The notes beneath the pieces are model-generated. The model was not told where the DNA came from. It ran no database searches and saw only the letters and a program-made list of their open reading frames with translations. Made by a program: the position numbers and the translations under genes. Below, in pieces: positions 21,757 to 31,377 of a stretch of DNA of 64,000 nt. The stretch is from Planctomycetota bacterium (GTDB lineage: Bacteria; Planctomycetota; PLA2; JAEUHO01). Location: the NCBI GenBank assembly GCA_965223505.1, contig CBDCWP010000039.1:96001-160000 (forward strand). The letters are read 5' to 3'. Numbering within the stretch: position 1 is the first letter of the stretch; every line of letters begins with the position of its first letter.

Positions 21757-21812
21757 CGACGGGATGATGTCCCCGTCGCCGCCGGGCGACGAGGAATGGG
21801 ACGGGCCTTTCT

Positions 21813-23756
21813 CTAGCGGCTCGCCGCCACCGCCTCGACGGCCTCTGGATTCTCCACGCTCGCGAGGTCGCCCACCGGCTCGTCCAGCCAGCGACGCTTG
21901 ATGACCCCCCGCACGATCTTCGCCGAGCGCGTCTTCGGCAGCATGTCCACGAACCGCAACGCCTTCGGCCGCAGCGTCTTGCCGAGCTGGCCGACCACGC
22001 TGCCGACCAGCTCCTGACGCAGCGCCTCCGTCTCCTCCACGCCCGGCTTGAGCACCACGAACACCACGACGTCCTCGCCCTTCAGCTCGTCCGGCACACC
22101 GATCGCGGCCGCCTCGCTCGCCTGCGGATGCGCCACCACCGCCGCCTCGACCTCGGCCGGTCCGACGCGCTTGCCGGCGACGTTGATCGTGTCGTCGCTG
22201 CGTCCGTGCAGGAACCAGAACCCCTCGTCGTCCACGTATGCCCAGTCGCCGTGGTACCAGACGCTCTCGCCGAAGCGCTCGAAGTAGGTCGCCAGGTAGC
22301 GGGCGTCGTCGTTCAGGAAGCTCTTCGTCAGGCTCGGACCCGGCTGCTTGAGCACGAGGTGACCCAGCCCGCCGCGGATCGGCTTGCCGTCGTCGTCGAA
22401 CACGTCGACGTCCATTCCCAGCCCCGGGCCGCGCAGGGTGCACGGCTTGAGCGCCGTCACCGGCAACGGCGAGAGCAGGCAGCCGACGAGCTCCGTCCCG
22501 CCGCTGATGTTGATGATCGGGCAACGCCTGCCGCCGACCTTCTCGAAACACCACGTCCACGACTCGGGATCCCAGGGTTCGCCCGTCGATCCCAGAATGC
22601 GCAAGGACGAGAGATCGTGCGCGGCCGCCAGCTTGTCGCCCGCGCGCCGCAGCAGGCGAATCGCCGTGGGGGCGACACCCAGGTGCGTCAGCCCGTGCCG
22701 CGCCACCATCTCGAACAACCGGTCGGGCTTCGGCCAGTTCGGCGCGCCTTCGTACACCATCAGCGCGCCGCCCAAGCTGGTCACGCCGATCATCTCCCAC
22801 GGACCCATCATCCAGCCGATGTCGGTGAACCAGAAGAAGCGCGCGTCGCGGTTCACGTCGAATGCGTACGCGAGCTCCTTGTTCATCTGTGCGAGACAAC
22901 CAGCGTGCGTATGCACGGTGCCCTTGGGCTTGCCCGTCGTGCCCGACGTGTAGAGGATCATCGCCGGCGCTTCCGCGTCGAGCACCTCGGTGTGCCGGTC
23001 GGGCTCGCGCTTGCTCACCCGCTCGTGCCACCACATGTCGCGGTGGATGTTGAACGCCAGCGTTCCGCCCGTCCGGCGCAGCACGATCGTGTTGCGCAGC
23101 GTCGGCACCGTCTCGACCGCCAAGTCGGCGAACGGCTTGATCGGCGTCTTCTTGCCGCGGCGATACCCGCCGTCCGACGTGAACAGCACGACCGCCTCGG
23201 CATCGCGCAGCCGCACCGCCAGCCCGTCGCTGCCGAACGCCGAGAACACCGGCACCGCGACGGCGCCGACCTGGAAGCACGCGAACAGCGCGACGACGAC
23301 CGCCGGCACCATCGGCATGTAGATCCCGACCCGGTCCCCGGGCGTCACCCCCAGATCGCGCAGCAGCCCGGCGGCCCGGTTCACCTCGTCGCGAAGCTGC
23401 GCGTACGTGAGCGCGCCGACGGAGCCGTCGTCCGCCTCGGCGATCAACGCCGTGCGGTCGCCGTCCCCGTTCTCCACGTGCCGGTCGAGGCAGTTGAGAA
23501 CGATGTTGGTTCGGCCCCCGATGAACCAGCGTGTCCACGGGAGCCCTCGCGCGTCGTCGTACGTTCGCGTGTACGGCTCGTACCAGGAGAGACCGAGATC
23601 CTCGTTGACCGTGTCCCAGAAGCGGCCGATGTCCGCGACCGACCACGCGTGCAGCTCCTCGAAGCTCCGCGCGCCGGTCTTGTCCATCAGGCGCTTGACG
23701 TGGGTGCCCTCGATGTAATGCCCGCTCGGCTCCCAGACCACCGCGTCGTTGCTCAT
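21813..23756 (-). CDS. Acetyl-CoA synthetase-like AMP-forming acyl-CoA ligase
   Basis: WF.GG.TNI..NCLDRH, YTSGTTGKPKG, DIGWMMG, STGEPW, GRSDDTINVAGKR, LPKTRSAKI. Confidence 0.92.
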   Translation of the reverse strand: MSNDAVVWEPSGHYIEGTHVKRLMDKTGARSFEELHAWSVADIGRFWDTVNEDLGLSWYEPYTRTYDDARGLPWTRWFIGGRTNIVLNCLDRHVENGDGDRTALIAEADDGSVGALTYAQLRDEVNRAAGLLRDLGVTPGDRVGIYMPMVPAVVVALFACFQVGAVAVPVFSAFGSDGLAVRLRDAEAVVLFTSDGGYRRGKKTPIKPFADLAVETVPTLRNTIVLRRTGGTLAFNIHRDMWWHERVSKREPDRHTEVLDAEAPAMILYTSGTTGKPKGTVHTHAGCLAQMNKELAYAFDVNRDARFFWFTDIGWMMGPWEMIGVTSLGGALMVYEGAPNWPKPDRLFEMVARHGLTHLGVAPTAIRLLRRAGDKLAAAHDLSSLRILGSTGEPWDPESWTWCFEKVGGRRCPIINISGGTELVGCLLSPLPVTALKPCTLRGPGLGMDVDVFDDDGKPIRGGLGHLVLKQPGPSLTKSFLNDDARYLATYFERFGESVWYHGDWAYVDDEGFWFLHGRSDDTINVAGKRVGPAEVEAAVVAHPQASEAAAIGVPDELKGEDVVVFVVLKPGVEETEALRQELVGSVVGQLGKTLRPKALRFVDMLPKTRSAKIVRGVIKRRWLDEPVGDLASVENPEAVEAVAASR

Positions 23757-23812
23757 CCGCGTATTGAAGCGAGGGCGCGCAGGCGCCACAAGGCGCGGCC
23801 TCGTTCCGGCGT

Positions 23813-25120
23813 ATGCTGACCGCCGTGCGCGCGCGACGTCTCCTCGCCTGCTCCGTCCTGCTCGCGCTCGCGCCGTTCGGGGTCCATGCCGGCGAGCCCG
23901 ACAGCCTGCTCGAGACGAAGCACCTGCGCGTCTCCGGACGCGTACCGCAGGCCTGGCTGGACAAAGCCGGTGAGCTGGGGGAGGCGCTCTATCCCGTTCT
24001 CCGCGAGCACTGGGCGCGCGAGCCCGCGCCGCAACGGTTGCCGCTCGAGCTGATTCTCCACCCCGACCGCGCCTCCTTCCAAAGCGCTCTCCGCGCCGAG
24101 GGGGTCACGATCGACCTGACCGGCGCGGGCGGCTACACGACCGGCGACACGTACCGCTCGCACGTGTTCCTGCAGAGCGTCGCCTTCGAGACCCGACGCC
24201 TGATCCTCCACGAGATCACGCATCAGTTCGACGATCGCAGCAGTCTGCGCATGCGGGGCAAGGTCCCGCCCTGGTACCGCGAGGGCATCGCCGAGTACTT
24301 CGGTTGGCATCGGCAAGGGCCCAAGAGCATCACGTTCGGTCGGTTCGACGTGATTGCGCGCAACCACCGGCCGTCGCTCATGGCAAGTCGCGCGGCGGAA
24401 CCCGCATTCGACGCGTGGAAGATCGCGGCCGGCGAGACGGCGGGCGACTACACGACGGCGCTCGGGATCGTGTCCGCGCTGCTGCAGACGAAAGACGCGG
24501 ACGTCCGTTCGCTCTTCCGCACGTGGGAGCGCAAGCACGTCCATCGCGCCGGGATGCAAGGCGCGTTCGTGCGTCTGTTCGAGTCGCACGTCGACGGGTT
24601 CAACGACCTCGTGAGAGCGCACTGGAAATCGTTCGCGTATCCCTGGCGGCTTCCCAAACCCGGGTTCGACGTCCTTGGCGAAACGATCGTCGCGAATGCC
24701 CAGGACTTCGCCCGGCTCGAGTCCAACAGCGACACCCACCTGTGGGAGCTTTGCGCGGACGTCGAGGTCGAGGGCGGGGCGCGGGCGGGCCTGTTCATGC
24801 AGGACGCCGACGGCATGTACGTCCTCGTCGAGGTGGGATCCGACGAGGTGCGCATGTACGAGTCGGGCTCGCTCTCGGGCAAGGCGCTCCTCACGCGTCA
24901 GCGTTGGAGCCGTACGGCGAAAGGAACCGTCACGGTGCGGATCGCAGCCGGGGAGAAGGGCGTCGTCGGGATCTTCGGCGGCGAGGGTCGTTCGCGCGGG
25001 ATCGAACCCTCGGATCATTCCGCGCACATGGGACTTTTCGTCCGCTTCGGCGAGGCGCGGTTCACGAACGTGCGGCGCATGAAGCTGGCGTCCCGAATGA
25101 AGTTCCGCCGTCCCCGCTGA
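23813..25120 (+). CDS. Secreted gluzincin-like (HEXXH) metallopeptidase-domain protein
   Basis: Signal peptide, LHEITHQ followed by PWYREGIAEY, beta-rich C terminus. Confidence 0.65.
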   Translation: MLTAVRARRLLACSVLLALAPFGVHAGEPDSLLETKHLRVSGRVPQAWLDKAGELGEALYPVLREHWAREPAPQRLPLELILHPDRASFQSALRAEGVTIDLTGAGGYTTGDTYRSHVFLQSVAFETRRLILHEITHQFDDRSSLRMRGKVPPWYREGIAEYFGWHRQGPKSITFGRFDVIARNHRPSLMASRAAEPAFDAWKIAAGETAGDYTTALGIVSALLQTKDADVRSLFRTWERKHVHRAGMQGAFVRLFESHVDGFNDLVRAHWKSFAYPWRLPKPGFDVLGETIVANAQDFARLESNSDTHLWELCADVEVEGGARAGLFMQDADGMYVLVEVGSDEVRMYESGSLSGKALLTRQRWSRTAKGTVTVRIAAGEKGVVGIFGGEGRSRGIEPSDHSAHMGLFVRFGEARFTNVRRMKLASRMKFRRPR

Positions 25121-25185
25121 TCCCCGATTCCGAGTACCCTCGGAATGACGTTCGTATTCGTACGACGAGAGGCGAGGACGGCACG

Positions 25186-27126
25186 ATGACGACGATGGAA
25201 CGACCGCGGTGGATCGGGATGGCACTTCTCTTCCTGGGCGCGCTGATGTTGTTGCCCGGAACGAGCATGGCGGACGACGTCCCGGAGAGCTGTCGCAAGA
25301 AGTACGACCAAGCCAAGGAGCTCTTCGCCAAGGGCGGCGAGAAGAACCTGAAGAAGGCGATGAGTAACCTGAACAAGCTGCGCGACAAGGCAGCGACGTC
25401 GGTCGACTTCTGGGAGTTCTACGTGCGCCTCGGCCGGTTGACCGGCAAGAAGGAAGAGTCGATCTGGCGCTCCGTTGCCAAGCGTGAGGAGGCGAACCCC
25501 ACATCGCCCGCGTACGACCTCTTGCGCGCGCGCCTCGAGGGGGATCTCGAGAAGCAGCGCGAGCACCTCGACAAGGCGCTCGAGAAGCAACCCGACTCGC
25601 TACCCATCAAGCTGTTGATCGCCGAGAACCTCCTCGGCCAGGAGGAAGAGGTCGATGCGGAGGAGATCGTCGACGCGATCCTCGAGGCCCAGCCCGCGAA
25701 TCCGCGCGCGCTCATCCTCAAGGGCGAGATCCAGATCATGGGCGGCTACGCGCAGACGGCGATCGATTTTGCCGAGGAGCATCTCGGCAGCAAGGATCTA
25801 CCGGGATTGCACGACCTGAAGGCGCGCGCGCTGCTGCAGCTGATCGCGGATGGCGAGGCGAAGGACAACGCGCTCGAAGAGGCCGGCAAGTCCGCGGACG
25901 CCGCCGTCAGCGGCCGGCCGGACCCCGCGTTCGTTCTCACGAAGGCCAAGATCCTCAACATGCAGGCAAAGCCCGCCAAAGCGGCCACGCTGCTCAAGAC
26001 GCACTACGACAAGACCGGCTCGTCGCTGCTCGCCGGCATGCTCGGTGAGCTCGCCTTCCGCACCGGCGACTACGAGACCGCCATCAGCGTTCTCGCGGGG
26101 AATGCGAAGACCGACCTCGTCGCGGCGAAGGCGGTCGCAATGGCGCACGCACGCCTCGGCAACGGGAAGGACGCGCTCGCGGCGCTCGACGCGGTGCTCG
26201 CGAAGGACGCCGAGCAGAAGGCGTTCGCCACCTGGATCCACACGACCCTCGGCGACTTCGCGACGGCCAAGACCACGGCCGCCGGACTGGAGAAGGGCGA
26301 GGGCTGGCGTGCGTACATCGCCGCGAACGCAGGCGACGCGGCGACGGTGCTCGCGGAGGTCGGCGACGAGCTGAAGAAGGGGAGCCGGCCCGCAGAGGAC
26401 TACATGCTCTACTACCTCCACGCGCAGCTTCTGATGAAGCTCGGCGCAAAGGCCGAGGAAGCGCGCAAGGGGCTCGTCGCGGCGCGTCAGGCCGCCGCCA
26501 AGAAGGTCATTGCGAGCGCCGAGGTTCCGGAGCACGAGCCGGTCCGAACGGCCGAGACGATTCCGTACATGGCTCGCGTGGTGACCTACCGCAAGAGTGT
26601 CTGCGGATCGCCGTTCCGTCCCGCGGGGCGCGCGCAGCCGATGGCCACGCAGATGGACGGAAAGCCCGCGATCGGTATCGGGTTCTGGGGCCGGTCCGAC
26701 TGCCGGGATGATCCCCAACGCGCGTTCGTCTTCAATGCGAAGGTCATGGAAGGCAGCGTGACGATTCAACTGGGTGGCGGCGACTTCGGGCCCGCGCAAG
26801 AGGCGCTCGAGGCCGCGGGGACGGCGCTGGCCGGCGGCGACTACAAGAAGGCCATGGAGGAGCTCGACAAGGTGCTGGCCGTCGAGAAGGAGTGGGCGCG
26901 GGTGCGCGTCATGCGTGAGGTCTGCCGAGCGTTGGCCACCGAGGGGGACCTCGCCGACGCGGCGATGTCCGCCGCGGAAGTTGCCGCGAAGGAGCCGGAC
27001 GACTTCCTCGCGCGCCAAGTCGGGCTGCTGGTGCAGATGTGGGCGGGCACCGATGTGGCGAGCGAGCGCACGGCGCTCGCCGAGGCGATGGAGCAATACG
27101 CCGAACGCAGAATGACCAAGCTGTAG
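25186..27126 (+). CDS. Exported TPR-repeat protein
   Basis: Signal peptide; repeated helical TPR-like patterns (KALEKQPDS, AILEAQPANPRAL, LAFRTGDYETA). Confidence 0.75.
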   Translation: MTTMERPRWIGMALLFLGALMLLPGTSMADDVPESCRKKYDQAKELFAKGGEKNLKKAMSNLNKLRDKAATSVDFWEFYVRLGRLTGKKEESIWRSVAKREEANPTSPAYDLLRARLEGDLEKQREHLDKALEKQPDSLPIKLLIAENLLGQEEEVDAEEIVDAILEAQPANPRALILKGEIQIMGGYAQTAIDFAEEHLGSKDLPGLHDLKARALLQLIADGEAKDNALEEAGKSADAAVSGRPDPAFVLTKAKILNMQAKPAKAATLLKTHYDKTGSSLLAGMLGELAFRTGDYETAISVLAGNAKTDLVAAKAVAMAHARLGNGKDALAALDAVLAKDAEQKAFATWIHTTLGDFATAKTTAAGLEKGEGWRAYIAANAGDAATVLAEVGDELKKGSRPAEDYMLYYLHAQLLMKLGAKAEEARKGLVAARQAAAKKVIASAEVPEHEPVRTAETIPYMARVVTYRKSVCGSPFRPAGRAQPMATQMDGKPAIGIGFWGRSDCRDDPQRAFVFNAKVMEGSVTIQLGGGDFGPAQEALEAAGTALAGGDYKKAMEELDKVLAVEKEWARVRVMREVCRALATEGDLADAAMSAAEVAAKEPDDFLARQVGLLVQMWAGTDVASERTALAEAMEQYAERRMTKL

Positions 27127-27165
27127 GTTGCGGCGGGTGAATCGTGCGCCGACGATGTGCGGCCC

Positions 27166-28497
27166 ATGAGACACCTCACCGTCGACTACACGTTCGCGCT
27201 CGACGCCACGCTCGGGGCCGGCAACGGTCTCCCGGTGGCCGCACTGCAGGAGCCGAAGGAGCGCTGGGCCGCGCTCGCGGCGCAAGCCGTCCGCGACCGC
27301 GAGGACGGAGCGCTGGCGTTTCTCGACCTCGCGTCGCGCGACGATCTCGTCGAGGCGGTGCTGCAGTGGCACGCGCAGGCGCCCGGCGCGGACGACGTCA
27401 TCGTCGTCGGCATCGGGGGCTCGGCGCTGAGCGCGCGGCTCTTCGACGCGCTGCGTCACGACCCGAATTCGGGCCCGCGCCTGCACGTCGTCGACACCGT
27501 GGACCCACACGTCGTGGGGGCGTTGATGAGCGATGTCGACCCGGAGCGGGCGTTGCTCATGATCGTCTCGAAGTCGGGGGGAACGTTGGAGACCGCGGAG
27601 GTCGGGAAGGTCCTCGGCGCGTGGATGGCGGCGGCCTTGGGCGACCGGTATCCGTCGCGCGCGCTCGCCATCGCCGGCGAGGCGGACAATCCGCTGCGCA
27701 GGATGGCCGTCGAAGCCGGCATGCCGTGCCTCGACATTCCCGAGGGGGTCGGAGGACGGTTCTCGGCGCTCACGGCCGTTGGCCTCGCGCCGGCCGCGGC
27801 CGTCGGCGTCGACCCCCTGCGACTGCTCGCCGGTGCGCGCGACGCCGTCGAGCGGGTCCTGCTGCCGTCGATCGACGACAACCCGGCATTGGCGCTAGCG
27901 GTACTTCACTTCGAGGCGGCGCGCGCGGGACGACCCGTGACGGTGCTCCTGCCGTACGGCGAGACGCTCCGTCCGCTGGGACCCTGGTGGGCGCAGCTCG
28001 TCGGCGAGAGCCTCGGCAAGGCGTCGCCGGCCGGACCGGTGGGGGTGACGCCGGTGGCGGCGACGGGGCCGGCCGACCAGCACAGCCTGCTGCAGCTTCT
28101 GCTCGAGGGACCGGACGACAAGCTGACGGTCTTCGTCTCGCAGGCGCCGCGCGTGTCGCCCGATGCCCGCGACGGCCTCTCGGCGCTGGCCCGGGTGTTG
28201 TCGGCGGAGTGCGAGGCGACCCGGTTCACGCTGGCCAACGCCGGGCGTCCGTACGTGTCGATCGAGTTGGCCGACGCCTACGCCGAGTCCATCGGGGCGT
28301 TCGTTCTGACGTACGAGATGGCGGTCGCGTACTGGGGCCGGTTGCTCGAGGTGAATCCGTTCGATCAGCCCGCCGTGCAGCTGGGCAAGGACGCGGCCCT
28401 CGACCGGTTGCGCGGCGAGACCGACCCGTCGCGACTGGGCGAACGTTTGGAACGCATGAACGCGTACCGCGACCTACCCCGCCTACGCTCGTCGTAG
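27166..28497 (+). CDS. pgi: Glucose-6-phosphate isomerase
   Basis: VGIGGSALS, SKSGGTLET, VGGRFS, QLVGESLGK, DQHSLLQ, NPFDQPAVQLGK. Confidence 0.92.
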   Translation: MRHLTVDYTFALDATLGAGNGLPVAALQEPKERWAALAAQAVRDREDGALAFLDLASRDDLVEAVLQWHAQAPGADDVIVVGIGGSALSARLFDALRHDPNSGPRLHVVDTVDPHVVGALMSDVDPERALLMIVSKSGGTLETAEVGKVLGAWMAAALGDRYPSRALAIAGEADNPLRRMAVEAGMPCLDIPEGVGGRFSALTAVGLAPAAAVGVDPLRLLAGARDAVERVLLPSIDDNPALALAVLHFEAARAGRPVTVLLPYGETLRPLGPWWAQLVGESLGKASPAGPVGVTPVAATGPADQHSLLQLLLEGPDDKLTVFVSQAPRVSPDARDGLSALARVLSAECEATRFTLANAGRPYVSIELADAYAESIGAFVLTYEMAVAYWGRLLEVNPFDQPAVQLGKDAALDRLRGETDPSRLGERLERMNAYRDLPRLRSS

Positions 28498-28537
28498 CGC
28501 GATGCTCGTGCTCGTCGAGAGATGATCGTCGTTCGAC

Positions 28538-28562
28538 GGGCGGGGTCGAGCCCCGCCCCTAC
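28538..28562 (-). repeat. Single GTAG-type REP (variant stem)
   Basis: GGGCGGGG-TCGAG-CCCCGCCC-CTAC, same 8-5-8-4 geometry as the other REPs. Confidence 0.75.
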
Positions 28563-28563
28563 G

Positions 28564-29600
28564 TCTCAGTGCTGAGCACGTTGTTTACACCGCAGCCTGA
28601 AGCCGCTCGAAGGGGGTCTTGCCTCCAAGGCTAGCGTGAGGCTTGCGTCGGTTGTAGTGCTCGAGCCAAGGCCCGAGGGCCTTGGCTCGAGCGCGGCTGC
28701 TGCGGTAGGGCTTCACGTGGGCCCACTTGCGCAGCGTCGTTTGGATGAACCGCTCGGCCTTGCCATTCGTCTGGGGCCGATACGGCCGTGTGCGTACGTG
28801 GCGAGCTCCCAGCTCCTTGAGCGCGGCCTGGAAGGCGAAGCCGCGGTACGACGCGGCGTTGTCCGTCATGACGCGCTCCACGCGCACGCCGTGAACGTGT
28901 AGCCAGTGCGCAACTCGCTGTAGGAAACCCACCGCCGACTCCGCGCGCTCGTTGGGCAAGATCTCTGCGTATGCCAGGCGCGTGTGATCGTCCACGCAAA
29001 CGTGCAGGTACTCCCAGCCCAGGCCTCGGTTGCGGCAACGCGGATCCGGGTCCACACGCCTGCCCGGATGCTTGAAGCGCCCCAGTTTCTTCACGTCCAG
29101 GTGGATCAGCTCGCCCGGACGCTCGCGCTCATAGCGCACCACAGGCTCCTTGGGCTCCAGTGCGCTCAGCCGCCCTAGTCCCAGCCGCCGCAAGATGCCA
29201 CCCACGGTGGAAAGCGCCATCCGCAGCCGCGTTGCGATCGCCCAGCCGATCAGCTTCCTGCGGCGCAGCTGCTCGATTCGCCGTACCAATCGCGCCGGCG
29301 TTCGGTTCCACACTCGACTCGGCGCCGAACTGCGATCCGACAGACCCCCTTCGCCCTCTGCCTCGTAGCGCCCAAGCCACTTGTAGGCCGTGCCTCGGCT
29401 GATTCCCATCGCCTCGGCAGCGTCCGAAACGCGCCATCCTTCCTCCAAAACCCGCTGCACAAGCAGCAGTCGAGTTCGCGGCGTCGTTCGAGCGTTAGAG
29501 TGCAGGTTCATCCTGGGAGCCTCCCGGTGACTTGGGTTGGGTTTCGCAACCCCCAAGTTCCGGGATTCCCGGGATGTCTACAACCTGCTCAGCAATGACA
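28564..29600 (-). mobile_element. IS481-family insertion sequence
   Basis: 26-bp imperfect IRs at 28564-28589 and 29575-29600; 6-bp TSD CCTACG at 28558-28563 and 29601-29606. Confidence 0.9.
28585..29511 (-). CDS. IS481-family transposase
   Basis: MNLHSNARTTP, HTH, RYERERPGELIHLDVKKLGR, VDDHTRLAY, VMTDN, RPQTNGKAERF. Confidence 0.95.
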   Translation of the reverse strand: MNLHSNARTTPRTRLLLVQRVLEEGWRVSDAAEAMGISRGTAYKWLGRYEAEGEGGLSDRSSAPSRVWNRTPARLVRRIEQLRRRKLIGWAIATRLRMALSTVGGILRRLGLGRLSALEPKEPVVRYERERPGELIHLDVKKLGRFKHPGRRVDPDPRCRNRGLGWEYLHVCVDDHTRLAYAEILPNERAESAVGFLQRVAHWLHVHGVRVERVMTDNAASYRGFAFQAALKELGARHVRTRPYRPQTNGKAERFIQTTLRKWAHVKPYRSSRARAKALGPWLEHYNRRKPHASLGGKTPFERLQAAV

Positions 29601-29722
29601 CCTACGGCAACGGTGTTCGGCGAGCGATGACGGTCGTTCGGTGGGCAGGCCAGCGCTCGATGAGCGAGTTCCGCACTGTATTGCGGAACTCGCGTATCGG
29701 AGACTGGCTGAACGCCGGTGTC

Positions 29723-30208
29723 TCAAAAGGGAATATCATCGTCCGCGTCGCTGTAGTCGTCCTGCGGCGTCTCGCGAACGCCCACGGGTGCGGTCGGCGC
29801 CTGACCCTGTCCGGAGCGCGCTTGCCCATACGACGCACCTCCGCCGGAGGCCTGACCGGAGGCCTGACCACCGGAGGACTGACTGTCGATGAACTGGAAG
29901 TTCTCGCACACGACCGACAGCTTGCTGCGCCGCTGGCCGTCGCGTTCCCAGCTGTCGAATTTGAGTCGGCCCTCGACGAAGATCTGCCGGCCCTTGCTCA
30001 TGTAGCGCGCGATGGTCTCGCCGGTGCGGCCCCACGCCTCGACGTCGACGAAGCACGTCTCTTCGACGCGCTCGCCGCTGTCGCGTTTCGTGTAGGTGCG
30101 GTTGACCGCGATGCCGAACGAGACGACCGAAGTGCCCGACTGGGTGCTGCGCGTCTCGGGGTCACGTGTGAGCCGTCCAATCAGAAGGACACGGTTGAGG
30201 TTTGCCAT
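29723..30208 (-). CDS. ssb: Single-stranded DNA-binding protein
   Basis: MANLNRVLLIGRLTRDPE, KGRQIFVEGRL, C-terminal DDDIPF. Confidence 0.97.
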   Translation of the reverse strand: MANLNRVLLIGRLTRDPETRSTQSGTSVVSFGIAVNRTYTKRDSGERVEETCFVDVEAWGRTGETIARYMSKGRQIFVEGRLKFDSWERDGQRRSKLSVVCENFQFIDSQSSGGQASGQASGGGASYGQARSGQGQAPTAPVGVRETPQDDYSDADDDIPF

Positions 30209-30407
30209 GATGTCTCCTAGCTCTGGCCTCTCCAGAGTCGCGGTGCAGGTCCTACCCAGGTACCTGTCGCTCGCCCGAGGAGGAATCTCGGGTTGGAGCG
30301 ATCCCACCGCCTTACAGTGCGGTCTCGTATGATGGTAGCCGCCGGAAGGGACACAGCCGGAACAGTCGTCCGGGGCAGACGCGCCCGGGACCGGGAGGAC
30401 GCGCCGC

Positions 30408-30785
30408 ATGTCTGACGCCACGTCTCAGGACCCGAACCAGGAGAACCGACGCCGCCACGAACGCGTCGCCGCGACGATGCCCTGCATACTCGTCGCCGCC
30501 GACGGTGCGGAGCAGTCCTTCGACCTCGTCGATCTCTCCGAGTCGGGCGTCCGAATGCGCTGCGCCCGAGCGATCTCGGCCATGACCCGCATCCACGTCG
30601 CCATGGTCCTGCCCGGCGGCCGTGTCGGCCGCGACGACGACGTCCGGCTGGACACCGCCGGGGTCGTGGTCTGGAGCCATCCCGTCGGTGACGAGCAGTT
30701 CGACACCGGCGTCTTCTTCCCCGAGCTCGGCGATCACGAGCGGGGCCTGCTGCAGGCCTACGTCCTCTCCGCCGCCGAGCAGTAG
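30408..30785 (+). CDS. Stand-alone PilZ-domain protein (c-di-GMP receptor)
   Basis: RRHER (RxxxR) and DLSESG (DxSxxG), G.VVW, GV.F. Confidence 0.88.
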   Translation: MSDATSQDPNQENRRRHERVAATMPCILVAADGAEQSFDLVDLSESGVRMRCARAISAMTRIHVAMVLPGGRVGRDDDVRLDTAGVVVWSHPVGDEQFDTGVFFPELGDHERGLLQAYVLSAAEQ

Positions 30786-30798
30786 CCTGGCGGACGGC

Positions 30799-31377
30799 AT
30801 GACCAACGCCGAGGCCTTCGTGCACCCGACCGCCGTCGTGGACGAGGGCGCACAGATCGGCCCCGGGGCCAGGATCTGGCACCACGCGCACGTCTGCGCC
30901 GGCGCGCGGATCGGCGCGGGCGTGGTCCTGGGGCAGGGCGTGTACGTGGGGCCCGGCGTCGAGATCGGCGCCGGATCCAAGGTCCAGAACCACGTCTCGG
31001 TCTATGCCGGCGTGACGCTGGGCGAGGAGGTCTTCGTCGGGCCGAGCGCCGTCTTCACGAACGTGCGCAGCCCGCGGGCCCACGTCGATCGTCGCGCCGA
31101 GTTCGCGGCCACCCAGGTGGCGCGGCGGGTGACGATCGGCGCCAACGCGACGGTCGTCTGCGGCGTCACGCTCCACGAGGCCAGCTTCGTCGCTGCGGGC
31201 GCCGTCGTCACCGACGACGTAGCGGCGTACACGCTCGTGCAGGGATGTCCTGCGCGTCCCGCCGGCTTCGCGTGCGAGTGCGGCGAACCGCTGCGTGATC
31301 TCGACGCGCTTCGTTGCGAGCGCTGCGGGAACACCTACCGACGACGCGACGACGCAATCGAGCGCGAGGAGGCATGA
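30799..31377 (+). CDS. Hexapeptide-repeat sugar N-acetyltransferase (WbpD/WlbB-like)
   Basis: FVHPTAVVD.GA.IG...IWH, KVQNHVSVY.GV, GPSAVFTNV..PR, GANATVVCG, C-terminal CECG..CERC. Confidence 0.88.
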   Translation: MTNAEAFVHPTAVVDEGAQIGPGARIWHHAHVCAGARIGAGVVLGQGVYVGPGVEIGAGSKVQNHVSVYAGVTLGEEVFVGPSAVFTNVRSPRAHVDRRAEFAATQVARRVTIGANATVVCGVTLHEASFVAAGAVVTDDVAAYTLVQGCPARPAGFACECGEPLRDLDALRCERCGNTYRRRDDAIEREEA

